DNA from: Carcharhinus amblyrhynchos
Lineage: Eukaryota
Reading direction: 5' to 3'
DNA: 64,000 bases
Assembly: GCA_965287045.1 (NCBI GenBank)
Contig: OZ336880.1
Coordinates: 42,904,001 to 42,968,000 of the forward strand
In this document: positions 40,689 through 54,432 of the stretch, piece after piece
Layout: each line of letters begins with the position of its first letter
How positions within the stretch are numbered: position 1 is the stretch's first letter
Program-made: the position numbers and the translations under genes
The notes under the pieces: model-generated
Seen by the model: the letters and a program-made list of their open reading frames with translations, nothing else
The model's database searches: none
What the model was told of the DNA's origin: nothing

Positions 40689-41356
40689 CTGTGCAGACTC
40701 TGGAATGGCCAATGAATATCAACAAAATCACTGCTAAACAGCACAGGAGGAATGTTATTTTGGGTCCCCCGGTTTACAGTGTGCTCATGATGGCAATGCA
40801 GGTCCTGTATGCACTGATGCCCCTGTGGAACATACTCGCTAATACTGTAGGTACACAACTGCCTCACTGCTCTGGCTGCTTCGCTTTCAGAAACCGCAAC
40901 TCAGTAGTCAGCCAGCTGGGAAGGTCGTTGTCTGCCGTTTACAGTTACCGCTTTCGCGGGCAACACGTCTCTGCTGGAAAATGATTTTTTTTGGGGGGGG
41001 GGTAAAAAAATGTAGAGGGCACACAGATCGGGCAAAAAAGATAACATGCGGATTAATATATTCAGCACACTCTCATTACAATTAGGCGGGCCGCATCACA
41101 GAAAACATGAAATACGTGCGCCACTCAACTGAACAGAAATGAAGCTGGCCCGGTTACAGCACAGCAATTAGATTTTAGAACACAACAAGGTGAGATTGGT
41201 TTCAAGGTCAAGACATAGTCAAAAATGAGGAGAATAAGCCAGAGGACTGAAAGGCTAAGGTTAGAATGAAGATTAGGGATTATTTTTCATTGGGTCTTTC
41301 TGTAAATCTTGTTGAATCTGCGTGGCTCTGTCAATCTGTCTGTCTTCAGCTTATAT

Positions 41357-41400
41357 TTACACACACACTCATACACACACACACATATATATATATATAT
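41357..41400. repeat. Short (CA)n(TA)n microsatellite
   Basis: acacacacactcatacacacacacacatatatatatatatat. Confidence 0.85.
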
Positions 41401-43884
41401 TTCCAACCCCATGCTTAAGTGTAGTTGACGCATAGATATTCCTGTAAGTTACATGTAAACTGTTATCAATCAACAATAATTCTTGTTGGTGGGTTTAAGT
41501 GGGCGGCTGATAAACAGAAGTGGAAGCTTATTTTTTTAAATGCACCAGGCAACTTTAAGATAGTAAATATGAAATATTTCTTCTACAAATAACGCGAAAA
41601 ATAGTTACCCTTGGCTCAGATTGAAAACAAAGTAGGTTCGCTTGACTGAAACTTGGAGGTTAATTGCGAGTTAATGAAAATCATGCTTGTGAATACATTT
41701 TCCATCATTTCAACTCTGGCACACGTCATTGCCCAGAAAAGCAGCTCGGGTCTCCAGGCAAACACAAAGTTTGCAGATTGAGGTTAGAAATTTCACCAAG
41801 GACTTCAGCATCGGGAGGAACAGCAAGCCTGAGATGATAGGCATGCATGTCCCCCAGTTGCTTAGCTTTTGTCGCAGATAAACTGAATCGCTGGTGGATA
41901 AAGTGAATCCCAATTTATTTGCTTCCAGCGGTTGAGTTTAAAGTTTAAACGAAAAGAGTCCTTGATCTGTTAAACTTGTATCCACCAGTGAACTTTGTCC
42001 CTCACGCTTCGGCAGTTGCCTCAGCTCCACAGCGTGCTTCAGGGAAATAAAGTCAGAAATGTCTTCACTCGCTGCTTCCACTCCACCCCAATGGGCGCAT
42101 TTCAAATGAGTCCAAAATGTGCTGCAGACTGCAACGTTCCTTTTCAGTAACTTTTCATTTATTTGCATGAAAGAAAATCAGTCAGCTAAAAAGTCACAAT
42201 TAAAAGAGGTTATTATTGTTTAATTATAAAAGTGTTCGCGAATTTTTACCTTGAAATAGAACCAATAGCTGATGATGGCTGCACGATAGAATCGAGGCTG
42301 TAATCACATTCAGCGCTAAAATTTCCAACAAACCACACTTTTGCACAACGAGGACAATTTCCATCAATCAGCATTGTGATTAATAGACGGCATTGTAACA
42401 TTGTTATGTACATATTTACGTGGCCAATTCACTATTGAGTTAAACTCCATTTCACCAAAATAGTTCGTTTACGGAGAAATGGTAACGGCGAGAATCTCTC
42501 TCCTTCTGCTGCCTCCTTTTGTATATATATATAAAGCATTCATATCAATTACTTATTTTAAAAACCTGGCCCATCCGATTTATTACTTATCTGCTTGATT
42601 TTATTCTCTGCGCTTTGCTATCTGAAGCCATCACTAAACCTCTTCTAATCGAAGGGAAACGGCGCCAGAAACCCGAAAGAACAACTTAACACTTCTCGGG
42701 GTTTATTGGCAGATTCCTCAATGATCGGCGGCAAATAAACGTATGGTATTTATTGCAACAAGGAGTGCGGGATACGTGACTAATATAAAACAGGGAAGTA
42801 TCTTTTTAAAAGAAACGGCAGACACGGGTTTATTTTTGCCGAATTCTTGGGAACAGTTTTATAAAATTAAAATTGAGCTTCGAACGCCATTCTGTAGATG
42901 TAATTTAAATTTAACTGCAGACCTTATTCATATTTTCTATTGCGAATATTTATCAGTTTGCAGCTAATTTATTCCGGGGCATGGCGATGCAGCTAGCATG
43001 TGAGAAGTCAAATCAATGGGCAATTTAGTTGATTTTACTTTTCGATCTGTAACTGCCCTCAAACGCGTGAAGGATGTTTCAGAAATGATTGGAAACTATT
43101 ACAACATGACCCGATAGAAGTATTTTAAAGGGAGATTGTAAAATTGACTGCCAATGAGATTTTGTTTAAATTGGAGACATGACTCTGATTATTGCTTTAG
43201 GGGCTGACGCACACAATGAAATAAACAAATGTTTACGCCTGTTAAAGTCGATAGTTGCAGTTTGAAAAGATTCGCTCTGCGTATTTCCATTTGTCTTAAT
43301 TCTGCTACACATTGTAACATTTTAGTTTTCACCCCAGAATAGTGATTTTTTGAGAAAATAAAAAAAGTCATCCTTATTCTCGAAATCCACTGCGAATCAT
43401 CTGACCCTTACTTAATGTACAAATTAACCATTCTACAAAGATCATATTTTACAATTTCACCGAAGGAACATCATTCGAACAAAGAATGCAGGCAAAAATT
43501 GTGGCTTTTGTCACAATTTAAGTTGCAACTCGTGTAAATTCTTATGAACAATTCTTCATTCTGTTCTCACAAAACTTTCACGATCAGAAGTCTTTACTAT
43601 GCAACTATTTAATGGTAAATTTCCAAAACAAGTCATGTGGAACTTCTAACCTTTAAGCGAGCACATGGTCAGCTGTCTTTGATTTTGAACGTTTTTTGGG
43701 GGGTATTTGCAATTCCAATGTTAATCTTGAATTTTTATATTTCTCCAAAAACACGTTACAGATATCACTGTTTTTCATGTTTGCTACATTTAAATGCACT
43801 ATGAAAAATATTATTTTCCTTTTAACCGATTTAAAATATATCTGTTGTCATTTGCAGGTCACCCAAATTGCTATAGTGGAGCGA

Positions 43885-43903
43885 CAGCACCGCCTAGTGG
43901 AAA
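43885..43903 (-). promoter_or_regulatory. Candidate CTCF site between HoxD9 and HoxD8
   Basis: Minus strand TTTCCACTAGGCGGTGCTG, close to the CCACYAGRKGGCRS core; judged by eye. Confidence 0.55.
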
Positions 43904-46900
43904 GTGACATGAACTGCGACTGGTGGAACGGGGCTACTTTGATTTTTGTGCGGGAATCATTTAAGAATCAGTTAATATACTTGTAAGATACATGACATAA
44001 AAGGTCCATTGGATCTCAGTAAATGTTTTTAAAAATTGCTTTATGTAAAAATGATTCAGAATTGTCAGTGCACTTTGCCTGATTAGCCTTGCACAACTTT
44101 AAATTGGCAATCAGCATTCTCCAGTGAAAGCACAGCGTTTCAAAAAGTTAAAAGACTTTTTGAAACTTTACGCACTTAGTATTTGAAAGGAAGCAGTCGC
44201 CTAACTCTATGTCATTTCTCTTACGACTCCTTAAAACAAATATAAATTAAATTAGTTGATTGCATATATATGTTATGTATTATTAAAGATCCAATAATTT
44301 GAATAAAAGCGGGGGTGGGGGGGCATGGGTGACTGCACGTGCATACAGAGACAAAGAGAGTAGCAGAAATACAGATTATTAGCGACTATTCAATATGTGG
44401 AAAGATTTAAATATGTTTTCTATAGGTTGAGAACAGTATTTCCTGTCTGCTGTTTCTACATTTTAAAGATTTATGGATACATTTGTTTGCACACGTAAGC
44501 GAGATGAGAAACATTTGTTTGGAAATTCAAAATTAAATACATCCATAAAACGGATGCTGTGTTCAATTTAGTTTCCAGCAGCAAGCCTGTGATACATATT
44601 CGCCTATCCACCGTTTGCATCTTGCATGATAAAATATTTTGAACGTAAGTATTATTTCTTTAGAGCTCTGTTTTACTTTCTATCGCATGACTCATCAGTT
44701 AATGAAGCAACCCTGTAGATTTCCGCGTTATTGTTATTTAATTGGGCACGCGGATTAATATTACATGTAATTTTTCCGTACAGCCAAATGTATTTCATTT
44801 CATTGCACTTCTTGCATGTATGTTTGGGAATAGGTACGATTGTCCAGACTCAAATGACAAAGCGGAATTAATTGCCTTCGTTCCTTTAACTAGCGTCTGA
44901 GTTTTTGTTTGTCGTCAACAGACAAAACATCTGAATTGGCTGATTTCAAAGAAGTCTGTAATTACATGAAAAAAACTATAAAGTCATTAAGGTCAGGCGT
45001 CTAGCCAGTAGTGGGGGTTTATTGTACCCGTCCCTTCCGGTTCTGAAGTACTGTATGTGGAATGGTGGCAATAGATGGCGTTGCAATTCAACACCTCCTG
45101 AGCAGTAAAGTTTTCAGAGGATCCTCCAAAAAGAATGAAGTTCTAGTTTTATGAGGGCGCGCAATTGTTTTCAGCTTGAAATAGTGACGTGAAGTAAAAT
45201 TAACCTGTCTGTGTTCAGCACCCATGTATGTATACAGTTGTAATAAATCCCTGCCCAGTGGCTTGCCAATAATGTGTACTTTGCTGTTTATTTCCGTACC
45301 TTTAACTAATATACCCAGTGTATTTGCAACTATGAATCATTCCAGCGTGCTCCGCGTCGGATACCCGCGATAATAATAAATAACATTGTTCAAACAACAA
45401 GAGAAACTATAAAACATCTCTGTGCACAGGAGGCTGAGGGGAACTTCCTTCCAATAGATATCCAGTCAAATTGCAAGCAAATAAGCAAATGTATTGATAA
45501 AGGCACGATTTTGTTTTAAAAGATGCCTTGATCCACATTATCTATAAAATACATGTGTGCCAGCATGTGTTTAGTAGATAATTGCTAATTGCTGCAATCG
45601 AGAAAAGTCCAAGATTTCAGAATCGTTTTCATAATTTGTACAGCCAGCGATCATTTCTCACCAGGGGAGGTCAATGTTAGAATGCTGATCAGCTCATTTG
45701 AACGAAATCCACTTTGAACCATCGTGGTATTAACATCCAATTCAACAATACTGTTCCGGATAGAAATGGAGGAAATTTAAGGCCTGCTAAAGTACCATAT
45801 TTCTCTGCAGTCCCTCCTAAAATGGCTAACAGTTCACAGCCAGAGTTAATCGTAAATCATAAATGACTTTTCAAGCAGTCAGCAAATCTGAAATGTTTAT
45901 AAATTTTATTGTTATCGTAACGAGGAAACGTGAGGTACAAAACCAACGGACTAGAGTGGAATTTTCTGCCTAGCCGTTTGATTTCTGTAACACAGTGTGT
46001 TTTTTTTAATTATCATAACTATGGCAGCTATTAAATAGTGCAGAGGACCTGGGAGTAAGTCCAAAACTACTGTGATCTTGTATTTGCTCACATCTTCCTT
46101 GTATTAATTACATTGGATTTGACTTACGTAATGATCCAGATAACGGCATCTTTATGACAGTATTGAAATGGACACAATAAACACTAAAGAAGGTCATATT
46201 CACTTGCCACTAAAATAAGCTTGCTTCAGATTGTCCCAAACGCACAAGAAAGATGTTCACGGATGTTGGAAAAGTAACAAAGTTTTGAACGCCTTTCTAT
46301 TTATCTGTGTCCCTTCCTTAAGGTGCCTATCGCTTAATGACACGTTCAGGTTATTCCAGAAATGTGCTTTCTCGCCGTGACTATGACGCTCTGCTAATTT
46401 CACATGGAATATTTTAAATAAATAGTACATTGGCATGACACGCTTTATCAGCACAGTGATAGTGCCATTGCACTTGTAAATAATTGCATAATGTACAGAC
46501 ACTGGCGCTTTTATTACATTTCATCCAGTAACCAGCAGGCAAACTGAATAGGACAAAGGGTATGTATTTCTCTATATTTCTATCTGAATGATACACTAAC
46601 AGTACAGCGGAAACACAACAATTTACAGGTTGCACAACTAAAGAGACTGTTGAAGTATGCGTGCTTTATTCATGTACAAAACAAATATATTCTACTGATG
46701 GAGTCAACGTTTTATCGCAATACAACCAATGTGCTGACATTAGTTTAAATTCCATTTAATGTAACCAAGTAGCAGCAAATCAGGGAGTCTCTACACAAAT
46801 GTAAGTTGTTTATACACAGGATTGCTCCAGAGCAGGACAACACTGGGAAACATAGACCGTGCTTTGAGTAGGCACCACTAGATAGACAAAACACTTTGTA

Positions 46901-46949
46901 CACAGTCTGTTGGATTTCCAGAACTATCGCTTAAAGTACGGGTGACCAC

Positions 46950-47191
46950 TTAAGGCTCTTCGTTATTTTTCACTTTGTTCATCTTTTTCATTTTCATTCT
47001 TCTGTTCTGAAACCAAATCTTTACCTGTCTCTCGGTAAGATTTAAAATTCTAGCAACTTCATAACGCCGGTCTCTGGTGAGATACATATTAAATAAAAAC
47101 TCCTTTTCTAATTCAAGCGTCTGGTACTTGGTATAAGGGCAACGTTTCTTCCTGGTAGAGCGAGCGTGGATCCAGTTTATAGCTGGGTGAT
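46950..47191 (-). CDS. hoxd9: HoxD9 exon 2 (homeodomain)
   Basis: Acceptor ccttctag|AT; [71 protein letters not shown], stop at 46950-46952. Confidence 0.97.
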
Positions 47192-47750
47192 CTAGAAGGA
47201 ATTGGGGGGGGGGGGGTAAAAAAAAACAAGAATTAAAATCTGAACATGTCCTGGATATCTTCCGCTGGATTTCAAACATCTTCGAGAATTTCCACAATCA
47301 TAACAATATGAATCAAAGTCGCAGTTCTCTTTCCCCACTGGGTACTTGTCAAGTTCAGGGAGGTTTCATATATTAAGGAGCTGAGAGAGCGATTGATTTC
47401 AGTTTGTTTCGAGTTGTTTTGAAATTGGTTGTTACAAAATTGGGAGAAAAATAGAATGGAAAAATTGCAGATGAAAATGTTTAAATTAGAAAAAAGTTAT
47501 TTCACCTCCGACTTTCCGATGCTGCTACACGATGCAACGAGAAGGAATACATCAACGTTTTACAGTCTTGTCAGACATACATTTGTGTGTAAAAATTCCC
47601 TGTAAACAATATAAACTCTTTACTGCTGCCTGTGCGTTTTCAGACTTGGGGAGGCGTCTAGACATCTTTATAGGTTTGTAAAACCATCAGCTTTGCACAC
47701 TCGGGTCTACAGGTTCGGGTTGTAAATCAAGCTGCAATTTTTGCACTTAC

Positions 47751-48306
47751 TTGGGTCAAGTTGCTGTTGTTTCTCCTCCTTGTGCTCACTGTTGCTTGCC
47801 GTTTCGGAGCTGCTGCAGCCAATCTCCTTGGGAACCTTTTCCCTACACTCTGGGTAGGAGCCGCACGTAAATTCTGGCAGGCTGAGGGTTTGCAGCTCAA
47901 AGGAAGAACACTCAGTCCTCTTGGCTGATAAAGTTTCTGGCTTGATCCCGTAATGTCGGCCGTTTGGATGGAATCCGGGGAAAGGGACTGAGCTGGAAAG
48001 TGGTTCTAACCAGGAGCGCACGTATCTGCTGTCCCCAGCCGCAAGATGCGACTGATGCATGTACGGGTGATAGATTCCTGCAACGGCGGCAGAGGGCTGA
48101 GGATGGACGGGAGACCAGGGATTGGAAAATGCGGCTGACTTGGGGGTAAAACTGCAGGAAGAGAAATCTGAACTGTCTGCTACACCTGGCGGCCTTGAAG
48201 CTGTGCTGTGTGATCCTTGAGCATATCTGGCCGCGTATAAGTCCTCTGTCTCCTGACCTATCAAAGAATCAACATAATAGTTCTGTATAGTGCCACCGGT
48301 CGACAT
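47751..48306 (-). CDS. hoxd9: HoxD9 exon 1
   Basis: MSTGGTIQNYYVDSLIG...FSSCSF...RYVRSWLEP...RHYGIKPET...EEKQQQLDP; donor A|GTAAGT. Spliced CDS 556+242 = 798 nt, 265 aa; an in-frame upstream ATG at 48327 would add 7 aa. Confidence 0.96.
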
Positions 48307-51300
48307 TTTAGGTTCTCTCGCTTTCATAGAAAAGGTTACACTGGAACGTGTATCTGATACCTTCACTCAGAACAATCATAGTATTTTGCCGACTACAGTT
48401 GCAGCTATTGGTTGCGGGTCTCACGTGATTGTATTTACCAATACAGCGAGTAAATCAATCCGCTCATCTGTCTGACCACAACTGGGCCTGGCCCAGCTTT
48501 TAATGAAATAATATATATATGTATATTTTAACAACGCCTTAGCAATGGGCAAAACAAAATCACTTGATCAGGATCGCTGGAGTCCTTCTGCTGGAGCCAA
48601 AGGAACAACCTCTCCAAATGCGGTTAAAACAGCGGCTGGAGAAGCAGGGGACTATTTTCCCTGTAAGCTAATTAATGTCTGTCACTCATTTCATAATCAG
48701 TAGTGCGGAGTCCATGATCTATGTCAAGAGCAAATATCTGTTAGCTTAGTGCAATAAAGCGGCAAGAAAACACCTTCGAGGTACGTCGGTGTTTTTATAT
48801 TGTATATTCCCTTGTTTAGAGAAGAGCTTTTACAGACCATTGACTGACTCTGTCCCATAAAAAAGAGTAAACGAGATGTTGTAAAACCAAGGGTTTGAGC
48901 TACTTTTTTTTTCAAATCCGGAATACAAGAACTTGCAGAGTTTCCTTCCCACTCTTCCAATGTTCTTCGGCTAATATTTTAACTTGTTTCAAATATCACC
49001 GCATTTGAAGTAAAGCCTTCGTCGCCCCTTTATAGTCTGTGCTCAGAAGCCACCATAAATGCTTTTATGTCTATCAATAAAATTTTTATGAGGTGCATTT
49101 GATTATACATTAATGTGTCTTTAATAAAACAGGCCTCTTTTGGCATAGTAAAGTATGCCTAACCAAAACTGGGCTCCAAAATGTTCCCACATAGGTGCAA
49201 GTACTCCAGCCTATAAATATATTTCTCTCTCATCGCCTGTTAACAGCGATTCAGTGTACCAGGGTGTACAAAAGAGAGGAGTGTACCGGCTGGCTGGAAC
49301 ATCAACTCATCGGCCAGCCGTGTCTCAATGCCCTCACTAGTCAATACCATGAAGGAATTGCAGTGAGTCTAAGGGTAAAGATCGAGAAGTTTGAGTTGGT
49401 TCCGAGTTTTAAGAGATGCTACCCATTAAACAGCTGCAGAGAAACGGCGTGTTTCTTCAGATGACACACTCTGTGACCATCCACCATGACACCAATCAGA
49501 CAAAACCTCGTTTGTGATGAAAGGAATAAGTTTAGTTCTACATTTAAACATTTCTACATTTAGGCATTTTTAGTTTGACTCTTCCTTCTTTTTCACATTG
49601 AACTTTTTTTTCTTTTGAACAGTGAATAACTGCGCAGTAATCTTGGCATTCACCATGACTAGGTTATAGTCATTGAGTGCACCTCACGGACCTTTCAGAA
49701 TACACAACTTATTCAAAAATACTCCATTCTTATCGGCTCATTTTTCTTATTTATTGATGAGCAGATACTTTATTATTTGTCACCTCTGCAATATAAACGA
49801 GAAGGAAATCGGCTTAATATAGAGCGGCGAATGATCAAAATCTAAAGATCAGCAAAGCCAGAGGATAAGGCACGTCAGTGAGCGTTCAAGTCGACTTTAC
49901 GGCAGTATGAACCGTCCTATGTTATTTATTACTGCCTCACCTAACGCGTTGAAGTCACTTTACTGAAATAACCTGTCATAATTAAAGGAATAAGTTTAAA
50001 TTCCATTTTGCCAAATGCAGTTCATCCCGATTTAAGATGATGCAAATAATAACCTCCCGGAATTTAGACAGCAGGCAACCCACACAGATTTAAATGACTG
50101 GTTTTCGCAAGATGCCAGTTTTGGTTAAATTGAAAGAATAGGGGCACGTTCCTTGCTGTTGTGCAATGCCATTTACAAATGGCAAATGCAAATTTCTTCG
50201 CTATGAATTACGTTAAGGATAACGAATGAAATTTACGCTGCAGTTTGCGCTGTGATTCTTCTAGCTAAGCCAAAGAGCACGTTCCCCTTTGCGATTATTT
50301 AAATAAAGCGTAAATAAATTCAATTTCTGCAACTTTCAGGTTTATCATGTTTACTGCATTTCATATAAGGAAATGCCGCCGGAAAGCTCGTTCGTTGGCT
50401 GCCATTTTACACCAGTTCAAGTAATACTTAGTTTTTTTTTACAGAATTAAAAATGATTAAGATTAACTAGCAATCGCTGCTCTCGTCCCTCAACACATTA
50501 ACTTCGAGAACACGTTTGCAATTTAAACATCGGATGAATAGTGTATTACTGCAAAGGATTATTTTCTTTGTGAATTCCCTGTAGTAATGCAGAAAAACAG
50601 TACTTTCGAATATTTTGAGCATTTACAAAATTATGCGAGGGAAATCATTATTTTGAATGCAATTATTATCAAAGATAAGTAACTAATACCATTCGGTAGT
50701 AACTTTAACCCGATTAATTGATTTTGATTTAATTAATTTTCTCGTTTGTATATACAAAGACAGTTGTTAAAACGAATTGGGGAGATTGTATGCTTCTGTG
50801 GCTTATTCAAGACAAAATAATTTATATTTGGTATTCGTGGGATTGTAATTCGAAACAAATATTATGGTAAACAATCGCTGCAAGATTTGGGTTTTGCATT
50901 GTGGAAAAACAATCCTTTATTTCAAACTTGGACTTGATTGAGCTGATGGCTTGCGTTTAATTTGGTTTCATTTTTCGATGTGTTTCCTCAATGAGCTTGC
51001 ACATTCTGTCATTTTAAATCTTTCAGATCTATCCACCTGTGTAAAGTCTTGTAAACGCGCCGCCACGTTGTTTAATTTAACGACCATATAATGTTTGCGA
51101 CACTAAGCTGTACTCGAAGGATTTTAGCAATTTTGATCCACAGTAAATGTCCAGTGTTTTGTCATTATCATATCCACATATTTTGTCTGCTCTTATTTAG
51201 GCTATTTCATATACTCAGGCGACAAAGACTAGCAGCTCGGTAAATTTCAAAAAGACTTGCATCTGCAAATACAAAATGTCAATTTGCCTCTTGAAACGGT

Positions 51301-52020
51301 TTATGAATTGAAGTGAACCTTCTCCATTAAAAATAATGCATTCAACTAAGCCATTAACCAGCCGTTCTTTTGGGTCCACTCTATGCTTATGGCGCTATAA
51401 ATAGATTTTGTTTGCATCTATTAAACTTAGATTAAGGAATTCCACACTATTAATATCCCTGTAGAAATAATACGAAACTATGTGTAATTCGTCACCTTGT
51501 CTGCTAAAAATATTAAAGACTTCATCATGTTACTAAAATTATTTCCCTTTTTTTATTGCCGCGAGTGACATTTACAAGATACAGCTGTGCATCCTAAAAG
51601 AAGGGAGCACTGAATTCAGCCCTCACTGCAACCACATATTCTCAACGTTTCGTATGGATCATAATAACACGTGAGCTTAACAAACGCTATTTGCACTGGC
51701 CATGTCAAAATAACTAGTCTTCGATGCTTGCTTCTGTTTATTAACGCCAAGGACGTAATAAGAACAGTAGTTTTGATATCCTGGTTAAGATCAAATCCAA
51801 ATAAATAAATAATCACGTACCGAACCGTGATTCTTTTTTCGTTCATAAAGCAGAATTACTATTTCCTTACGTATTTCTACCGGACACCTTAACGTTTAAA
51901 TTATAATTTCCAATTGTTAACTTAGATATTTCCCACTGGTCGAAGACTTACGCTAATAAACTTAGCTTCCTACAGAGACAAGCAACAACTCCAAAGAGAC
52001 AAAGCATAAATAAATATGTA

Positions 52021-52153
52021 ACAAAAAGAGAAAATACTGGAAAAACTCAGCAGGTCAGACAGCATCCGTGGAGAAGGAAACAGATTGATTAACCTGAAGG
52101 TTTAACTGTTACTCTCTCCACAGAAGTTGCCTGGCATACAGAATATTTCCAGC
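52021..52153. mobile_element. Degenerate palindromic interspersed repeat of shark type
   Basis: 47-nt inverted arms at 52037-52083 and 52106-52152, 34/47 complementary by manual alignment. Resembles the abundant elasmobranch GCTGGAAATACTCAGCAGGTC...CTGTGGAGAGAGAAACAG repeat (recalled; family name not certain). Confidence 0.7.
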
Positions 52154-52391
52154 TGGTCGGTTGAATGTTACGGGGAACGTAATGTACTGAAGTATGAAGG
52201 AAGGAATTCGAATTTATCTCTACATTACGTTATTTGATTTTCAATCTTTAAAGTAATGTGAGAAGTATTATGTTTGCTGTTGTTAAATTACCTTACTTGA
52301 ACTGCCCGTGAGTAACTTATCAATTTTGCCTACAACCGTTGGCGAATGGTTCCCAGATTGAAGAAGTTGATATCTAATTTAGGATTTATCG

Positions 52392-52432
52392 TTTATATTT
52401 ATATTTATATATTTATATTTATATATATATAC
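52392..52432. repeat. (TTTATA)n/(TA)n simple repeat 3' of HoxD10
   Basis: tttatatttatatttatatatttatatttatatatatata. Confidence 0.8.
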
Positions 52433-52985
52433 GTGCAACAGACACATGCATATAAATAGACATGAAAATTTGCATCACGATGCATCACATACTCCAAAAT
52501 GTACCTAAGAACTCCTTCTATAGATCTGATTATTTTAACACTACTGTATATGGGCCACTGTTTAAGAGCATCTCTGTAATAAATTCAAATCGTACGTTTC
52601 TAATGCGATTGATCATGGTATTGCGACATCTGATTTGCAATTGCTAAATAAACGGCAATTTTTTCTGAATGTAGTGGCTTTGTAAGAGGTGATGTTCTGG
52701 TGTACAGTACGCTTGCCCGAATAGCTGTAGCGTGTAAAATTACTGAAGACCTACTTCCTAAACAAAGTAAATAATTTGCCCCGCATTAGAAAGGACAATT
52801 TCTTAGAAAATATTCTTGTTAACGTAAACTTGCTAATTTGTACTTTCAAACAACCATAACACTAAAATAGTCAAATCAGAATAGTAACAATATCCCAGAG
52901 TGGACAAACTGCAGGGTTCCAAGATCCCCACTAAACCGTCACAGTATCAAAGGTGCTGGATCACGGTGGAATCCGTATTCCCCGC

Positions 52986-53257
52986 TCATGAGAAAGTGAG
53001 GTTAGTGGTCAGTTCTCGAATTCGGGTTTCTCTGTTCATTTTCTTCAGCTTCATCCTACGATTTTGAAACCAGATCTTGACTTGCCTGTCGGTCAGATTC
53101 ACGCTCTTGCTTATCTCTAGACGGCGCTCACGAGTCAGATACATATTAAATAAAAACTCTTTCTCCAATTCCAGTGTTTGATATTTTGTATAAGGACACC
53201 TCTTCTTTCTTCCGCTCTTTGCTGTGAGCCAGTTGCTTACCGGGGTTTTCAGCTCTT
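52986..53257 (-). CDS. hoxd10: HoxD10 exon 2 (homeodomain)
   Basis: Acceptor tctgatag|AA; [90 protein letters not shown], stop at 52986-52988. Confidence 0.97.
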
Positions 53258-54432
53258 CTATCAGAAGTAAAAAACGAGAGATGAGATTTTAGCAAATATG
53301 TCCCTGCGACAACTGAACTTCAAATCAGTTTCAGCCAGAGTAGTTATACGCAAAATTACCACTTCAAGTTATACACAGACCGCAGCGACAGGCTCTTTAC
53401 CTTTTATCAAATCGTCCAACAAATATATACACATAAATTGATGCGATTTAAAGAGAAAATCGGTGAATAGATCAAAGGAGCTAAAAATATACTTTAGGAG
53501 ATTGACAAATGATATTACACCATATACCATTTATTGTAATGCACATTTTGAGACAGGTTTCTTGGTGAATTGTAAAATATATGCCAGGCCGATTTAAGAT
53601 GCACTGAAAACAGACGATTTGTTAATATTGGATGATTAGTAGGCAATGCCATTATTGTGAATGGAATCTAACGCTGTGGGTTGCAATAGGAGTTTCACCA
53701 ATAGGTCGTTTTTCAACTTCATAACCTAAATTTACAGATTGTGAAATCCTGACAATATAAACGTATGTGGCCATGATAATAATTCCGGAGCTAAATCTTA
53801 GGCTATTAAACATACTACCGCTGCCTCTTATCGAGCAGGTTAATTGGAATTTATGTGCTAGTATGTACTATATGTGCCGGTAGTATTTCACATTCTTCGA
53901 ATGAAACTTTTATCTTTGGTTATAGTATATCTTATATATCTAACAAACTGTTCAAGGGAAAGCTACAATTCTTCTATAGACCAAGGCTTTCTCACTCACT
54001 ATCTCCAAGACAACAAATGATGCAAATAACGCTTTTATTTCACAATATCCGAGCCTGTGGCGTGCTGCTAAATTTATACGCAGTTGCTTTTAGTATGCTG
54101 CATGTCGCGTATGGCACCAAACGTTTCATACTGTATCTTAGGGCTCGCCAACGCTAAGATGAAACTATCACTGTTATACTGACATCTGTAAATGATTTGC
54201 TAGCCTTTACTACGTCATTAACAATTTCATGGAATTGTTGGGCACATTTTCCAACAACTCGTTGTAATAAAAGGAAATCGTCCTTTTACTCAAACTTATG
54301 CAGACTTGGCGATCAGGGACACACAGAACTTGCCAAACATATTACCATGGTAAAGTTATGTAGTGGCTATACAAGTTTTTGTATCCGCTTTACGACGCTG
54401 CCATCTTCATATTAAATCTTTTAAATGCTCAC

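Noticed and set aside
44710-44720. miR-10 seed-plus match (accctgtagat on the plus strand); a weaker one at about 51458-51467
   Set aside because: The first lies beyond several HoxD9 poly(A) signals; the second has an interrupted seed.
48480-52980. Expected position of mir-196 between PG10 and PG9
   Set aside because: No mature miR-196 sequence seen by eye; consistent with HoxD clusters lacking it.
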